This document shows positions 59,495 to 64,000 of a stretch of DNA of 64,000 nucleotides, in pieces (position 1 is the stretch's first letter; each line of letters starts with the position of its first letter). The stretch is from assembly GCA_963677895.2 (NCBI GenBank), contig CAXXGJ010000021.1:1-64000 (forward strand), written 5' to 3'. The translations under genes were made by a program, and so were the position numbers. The notes below the pieces were generated by a model. It did no database searches and was not told the origin of the DNA. It saw only the letters and a list, made by a program, of their open reading frames with translations. The stretch comes from Treponemataceae bacterium. GTDB taxonomy: Bacteria; Spirochaetota; Spirochaetia; Treponematales; Rectinemataceae.

Positions 59495-62269
59495 ATGATA
59501 CAGAAAATCAAGCGCGGACGATGGACAATCCTCGCAGCATTGGCGACGATCTTGCTGGCCGCATCCTGCGCGAGCGCGCCGCCGCCCAAAGAAGTCACGC
59601 TCTCCGATCTCGTGGTCGCCGGCGACATTTCGGCGATCAAGAAGTTCTACGCGAATCAGGAACAGCTCAACATGAAAGATGGGCAGGGTCTGTATCCCCT
59701 TCATTACGCCGTCATGCGGGGAGACGCGCAGATAGCGGAAATTCTGATTGTGCTGGGCGCGAAACCCGACATGCAGGATCCCGCCGGCAAGACGCCCCTG
59801 CGTTACGCGATCGACCGCAAGCAGATTGCGTCGGCAAAAATGCTGGTGGACAGGGGAGCCAATCCCTTCATCAGCGACGCAGCGGGTTCCACGCCCGCCG
59901 AAGCCGTTTTGAACGCCGGCCCTGAGATGATCAACGCGGTTTTCAACGCCAAGAACATCGACGGTTCCGGGCAGGATGGAAGAACCATTCTCCACATGGC
60001 CGCCGACGGCCTCAAGGTAACCGAAACCGGACTGCTTCTGGACCTTGGAGCGTCCGTCCAGAGGAAGGACAAGGCGGAGCGCACCGCCCTCGATCTCGCC
60101 CTCCTCCAGCCCAGGGAAAAGAACGCGGCCATCATTGCGGAAAAGCTCATCCAGAAGGGAGCCAATCCCTCCTTCCCCGAATTCTCCTGGTTCGCCACGA
60201 CGGTCCGTTCGGCCGACTACAACACGGTCCGCTTCAGCAACGGCAACACACCGCTCCACGAAGCCATCTCGCGCTTCCAGCTGGGTTTCGCCGACTTCCT
60301 CCTTTCCAAGGGACTCACGCCCAACATCAAGAATATAGGCGGCGACGCGCCTCTGCACAGCACCGTCAAGACGGGATGGCTGGAAGGTGCCGAACTCCTA
60401 CTAAAGAATGGCGCCGATCCCGATATCAGGGACGGAAAGAACAATACGCCGCTCCATCTGCCTGCTCCGGCCACCCTCAGGCTTCAGGTGACCCAGCTTC
60501 TCCTGCGCTACAAGGCCGACCCCTCCCTCAAGGACCAGGACGGCAACACCGCGCTTCACAAGGCGGTAAAGCTGGCATACGAGCCCATGATCGTCGAGGA
60601 ACTCCTCAAGGCGGGAACACCCGTGAATTCGGCCAACCTCGAGGGAGACACTCCCCTCATGATCTGCGTGAAGGAGGGCAACTACCAGTACGCCGACGCG
60701 CTCATCACCGCGGGAGCCGATGTCTTCCTCCGCAACCTGAAGGACGAAAGTCCTCTCTCCATCGCGGTCGGCAGAGGCACCGAAGCCGTGGATAAAATCG
60801 TGCTGAAAACCAATGTTCTCCAGCGCGACAACCTCGGCAACAGCGTCATCGCCACCGCCGTGGGCATGAAGGGCTCGCCCGAAGTCGTCTCCCTCATCCT
60901 TTCCAAGGGCGGCGATCCCAATATCAGAAACAACTCCGGCGACAACGCCCTCCACGTGGCGGTAAGGCTCAATCTCGCTCAGCAGGGCCTGCTCCTCATC
61001 AACGCCAAGGCGGACATATTCGCCGCCAACGCCACCAAGGACACGCCGGTATTCCTCGCCCTCGCGGCGACCGACGGCCCCTACGACTGGTTCTTCATTC
61101 CCTCCGTCATCACCGCCCGCGACTCCAACGGAGACACCGTGGGTCACCTTGCCGCACGCAAGGATCTGGCCGATGGCCTGGATTACCTGCGCGGCAGGGG
61201 CGCCGACCTCGAGGCTGTCAACTCGGCGAGGGAAACCCTCCTCCACGCCGCGGTGCGCACCGACGCCGCCGAGGCGACGCGCTACCTGATCGCAAGCGGC
61301 GCTTCCCTCACGGCCCGCGACATCAACGGCGACGCTCCGCTCAACGTAGCCGTCCTCGCCGGAGCCAAGACCTGTCTCCAGGTCCTCGTGCTCTCGGGGG
61401 TCGACCTGAACGCCCGCAACTTCACCGGAGAAGCGGCCCTCCATCAGGCGGTACGCAAACAGAACAGCGACTTCGCTACCTACCTCGTGGACCGAGGCGC
61501 CCTGCTCGAGGTGAGGGACAACAGGGGCCTGACGCCCCTGGCCGTGGCCGCCCGCGAGGCCCAGACCTCCATCGCGCAGTATTTCGTGAAGGCGGGAGCC
61601 CGTATCGACGCCCGCGACAACGCCGGTTCCACTCCCCTCTATCAGGCGGTCGAAACCAGCCAGCTCGATCTCATCCGCGTTCTCGTACAGTCCGGAGCCG
61701 ATATCCTGGCCAGGAACGCGGCCGGCGATTACCCCCTCTACGCTTCGCTCAAGAAAGGCCAGTCCGTCCTGAGGGAAATCCTCGGCAACGCCTCCATGGA
61801 CAAGGGAGACTCCGACGGAAAGACGCCCCTGCGGCTGCTCGTCGAGACGAGGGCTTCCCCGGACATGCTGAACCTCGCGCTGAGCCTGGGAGCCGATCCC
61901 TCAAGCAGGGACAAGTTCGCGAATACACCTCTCCACGCGGCCCTGAACCAGAAGGACAACGCCACGGCGGCTCTCCTGCTCAAAGCCAAGGCCGATCCCT
62001 TCGCGCCCAACTATCAGGGCGTGACGCCGATCTCGCTCGCCCTCGCCGACCCCGCCGCTCTCAAGGACTTCGCTCAGGCCGCGGGCCTCGACGCGGCTGA
62101 TGTCCTGGGCGAGGGATTCCTGCACTATGCGGTCAGGACGGGCAGAGGCGACGCCGTAAAGCTCCTTATCGACCTCGGAGCCAACAAGAACGCCAGGAAC
62201 ATCTCCGGCGAAACCGCCTTCGATGTGGCGAAGACCAAGGGCGATACAGCCATCCTGACAATGTTCTGA
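59495..62269 (+). CDS. Large ankyrin-repeat lipoprotein
   Basis: Lipobox LAASC; about 20 or more G.TPLH.A...GAD repeats. Confidence 0.92.
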   Translation: MIQKIKRGRWTILAALATILLAASCASAPPPKEVTLSDLVVAGDISAIKKFYANQEQLNMKDGQGLYPLHYAVMRGDAQIAEILIVLGAKPDMQDPAGKTPLRYAIDRKQIASAKMLVDRGANPFISDAAGSTPAEAVLNAGPEMINAVFNAKNIDGSGQDGRTILHMAADGLKVTETGLLLDLGASVQRKDKAERTALDLALLQPREKNAAIIAEKLIQKGANPSFPEFSWFATTVRSADYNTVRFSNGNTPLHEAISRFQLGFADFLLSKGLTPNIKNIGGDAPLHSTVKTGWLEGAELLLKNGADPDIRDGKNNTPLHLPAPATLRLQVTQLLLRYKADPSLKDQDGNTALHKAVKLAYEPMIVEELLKAGTPVNSANLEGDTPLMICVKEGNYQYADALITAGADVFLRNLKDESPLSIAVGRGTEAVDKIVLKTNVLQRDNLGNSVIATAVGMKGSPEVVSLILSKGGDPNIRNNSGDNALHVAVRLNLAQQGLLLINAKADIFAANATKDTPVFLALAATDGPYDWFFIPSVITARDSNGDTVGHLAARKDLADGLDYLRGRGADLEAVNSARETLLHAAVRTDAAEATRYLIASGASLTARDINGDAPLNVAVLAGAKTCLQVLVLSGVDLNARNFTGEAALHQAVRKQNSDFATYLVDRGALLEVRDNRGLTPLAVAAREAQTSIAQYFVKAGARIDARDNAGSTPLYQAVETSQLDLIRVLVQSGADILARNAAGDYPLYASLKKGQSVLREILGNASMDKGDSDGKTPLRLLVETRASPDMLNLALSLGADPSSRDKFANTPLHAALNQKDNATAALLLKAKADPFAPNYQGVTPISLALADPAALKDFAQAAGLDAADVLGEGFLHYAVRTGRGDAVKLLIDLGANKNARNISGETAFDVAKTKGDTAILTMF

Positions 62270-62292
62270 TAAGGAAATCATCATGACGAAGA

Positions 62293-62325
62293 AAAGGGCT
62301 GCCTCGATGGCAGCCCTTTTTATTT
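62293..62325. terminator. Bidirectional intrinsic terminator
   Basis: AAAAGGGCTGCC-TCGAT-GGCAGCCCTTTTT. Confidence 0.85.
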
Positions 62326-62367
62326 CGTACTTCGGAAGGCGCATGCCCCCCGGGAATCTACGCTATT

Positions 62368-63390
62368 TCAGGAACCGCACTCCGAAAGCTCCTTTCTCTG
62401 CCTGAGCTTTTCAAGGGCTCTTTCCTGGATCTGGCGGACTCGTTCCCTCGTTATGCCGAGAACCTTGCCTGTTTCCTCGAGCGTATGGGTCGATTCGCCG
62501 GAAAGGCCGTACCGCAGCTTCAATATCGTCGTTTCCCTCTCGCTCAGGTCGCTGAGTATGCAGTCCAGAAGCTCCTTCATCGTCGCGGTGAAGGCTTCCG
62601 AATAAGGATCAATGCCGGTTTCGTCGCTGATGACGTCGGAGAGGGAGGTGCTGTTCTCATCGTCGATGGCTGAATCCAGACTTGCCGTATTCTGGGAAAA
62701 TTCCATGACTTTCAGCACCTTCTGCCTTGTCATGTCCACGCGCCTGGCCAACTCGTCGACTTCGGGAGCCCTGCCCAATTCCTGGGTGAGCTGTTTGGAG
62801 GCGTAATAGCATTTGCGGATCGTGTTGAGCATGTGGACGGGAATTCTGATGACCCTGCCCTGGTCCGCCAGGCTTTTGATTATGGCTTGCCTGATCCACC
62901 AGGTGGCATAGGTGGAAAATCTATAGCCGCGAGCGTAGTCGAAACGGGCGACCGCTTCCAGAAGGCCGATATTGCCTTCATCTATCAGGTCGAGAAGTCC
63001 CAGGCCCCTGTGCTGATAGCTCTTGGCGATGGAGACGACGAGGCGAAGGTTGGAGCTGATCATTATCTGCTTTGTATTGGTCTGCTGCTTTTCCAGCTCG
63101 GCGAGTTCCGCGCCGAAACAGGCGTTCCCCTCTTCGTTGATCCTTGCGCGCAGCGTCCCGATACGTTTCGTCAGCTCCTGGATTTCCTTCCCGATCCGCT
63201 GCTCCTCTTCGGCATTCAGAAGGCGGAATTTCGCTATCTGAAGAAGATAAAGAGAGAGCGGGTCTTTCTCCTCAAAATGGCGTTTTTTCTTGTCGGGGTG
63301 AATCTTGGAAACGTGGAGCGTTTCATGTTTTGAACCCGGGGTTGAAGGAAGAGTATCGCGAGTTTCGCCGGTCGGTTCTTTCTTCGCCAT
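62368..63390 (-). CDS. Group-2 (RpoS-like) sigma70-family factor
   Basis: DPLSLYL (region 1.2), [27 protein letters not shown]...TRERVRQI; no region 1.1. Confidence 0.88.
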   Translation of the reverse strand: MAKKEPTGETRDTLPSTPGSKHETLHVSKIHPDKKKRHFEEKDPLSLYLLQIAKFRLLNAEEEQRIGKEIQELTKRIGTLRARINEEGNACFGAELAELEKQQTNTKQIMISSNLRLVVSIAKSYQHRGLGLLDLIDEGNIGLLEAVARFDYARGYRFSTYATWWIRQAIIKSLADQGRVIRIPVHMLNTIRKCYYASKQLTQELGRAPEVDELARRVDMTRQKVLKVMEFSQNTASLDSAIDDENSTSLSDVISDETGIDPYSEAFTATMKELLDCILSDLSERETTILKLRYGLSGESTHTLEETGKVLGITRERVRQIQERALEKLRQRKELSECGS

Positions 63391-63435
63391 GGTCCTGCTT
63401 TTTCGAACCTTTCGTCTTGCTGCTGCTCAAACAAT

Positions 63436-63451
63436 AGCATGAGCCGGGCCA
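63436..63451 (-). promoter_or_regulatory. sigma54 (-24/-12) promoter upstream of the rpoS-like gene
   Basis: TGGCCCG-GCTC-ATGCT versus consensus TGGCACG-N4-TTGCW, with exact GG-N10-GC spacing. Confidence 0.65.
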
Positions 63452-63549
63452 TGTTGGAAGAACAAAAATGAAAATACGATTAAAAATTATGAAAGACTTA
63501 TAGCCGAAAGGTTAAGGTCGCCGCGGCACGGCGAAATTCTCCAGATTTC

Positions 63550-64000
63550 CTAGTCGCGGGGAGCCAGGGCGGGGTCGATGGGCTGGCCGTTCCTGAAAAC
63601 GAAGAAGTAGGCTATGGGCGAACCGTCCTTGGCGTCGAGGCCGATCCTGCCGATCTCCCTGCCCGAGGCCACCACGTCTCCCGTCTTCACGGAAAGGGCT
63701 TCATTGCCGCCGTAAACATAGACGTAGCCGGATTTTGCCTGAATGAATGCCACTTGGTTGAAACCTCTCGACGGTCCCGCCGACACGACGGTGCCGGAGG
63801 CTACGGCTTTGGCCATTTCGCCCGGCTTGACGCGTATCATGATTCCCTCGAGCTTGCCGTCCAGGTACATGGCCTTGCCGGGAACCGGCCAATCCAGCTT
63901 CATATCCACGGCCCTGTCCTGCGTCTTCACGGGATCGGGCATCGGGACATAGGTGGCCGCCGGGACTTCCGGCTTGGCCGCGGTCTTCGCGACGCTCGTG
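63550..64000 (-). CDS. M23/LytM-domain protein (NlpD/EnvC-like, degenerate), 5' end outside the window
   Basis: WPVPG, AVASGTVV, V..GD.V..G..IG, PIDP; catalytic HxH absent. Confidence 0.75.
   Translation of the reverse strand, partial: TSVAKTAAKPEVPAATYVPMPDPVKTQDRAVDMKLDWPVPGKAMYLDGKLEGIMIRVKPGEMAKAVASGTVVSAGPSRGFNQVAFIQAKSGYVYVYGGNEALSVKTGDVVASGREIGRIGLDAKDGSPIAYFFVFRNGQPIDPALAPRD

Overview
This is a gene-dense, high-GC (roughly 55-62% by eye) chromosomal window. It is most likely from a free-living anaerobic spirochaete (Treponema/Rectinema-like). That assignment is inferred from the stand-alone groES, a ThrRS-N-terminal/uridine-kinase fusion, FabV/Ter, a large ankyrin lipoprotein and spirochaete-style lipoboxes. 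Housekeeping content: an RNase II/R-family gene, typA, tRNA-Arg(CCT), groES, ftsH, fabH-fabF-fabZ-fabV, rsmE, pepF, malic enzyme, thrS, clpS-clpA-aat and an RpoS-like sigma factor. There are three transport/catabolic clusters: (1) a GntR-regulated, kinase-free Mgl-type sugar cluster; (2) a streptococcal Ami-like opp operon whose central ~4.2 kb is low-GC and which carries six single-base frameshifts; (3) a Ugp-like ABC cluster with three different putative phosphoesterase folds. The most notable non-coding signals read from the sequence are a complete Thr(ACC) T-box riboswitch upstream of thrS with an unusual expanded expression platform, a sigma54 -24/-12 promoter in front of the rpoS-like gene, a 7-bp tandem operator at three promoters of the sugar cluster, and several promoters placed to give leaderless mRNAs. 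I saw no CRISPR array, integrase, transposase or rRNA. All protein calls come from motif recognition without database searches, and several start codons were re-assigned by eye.
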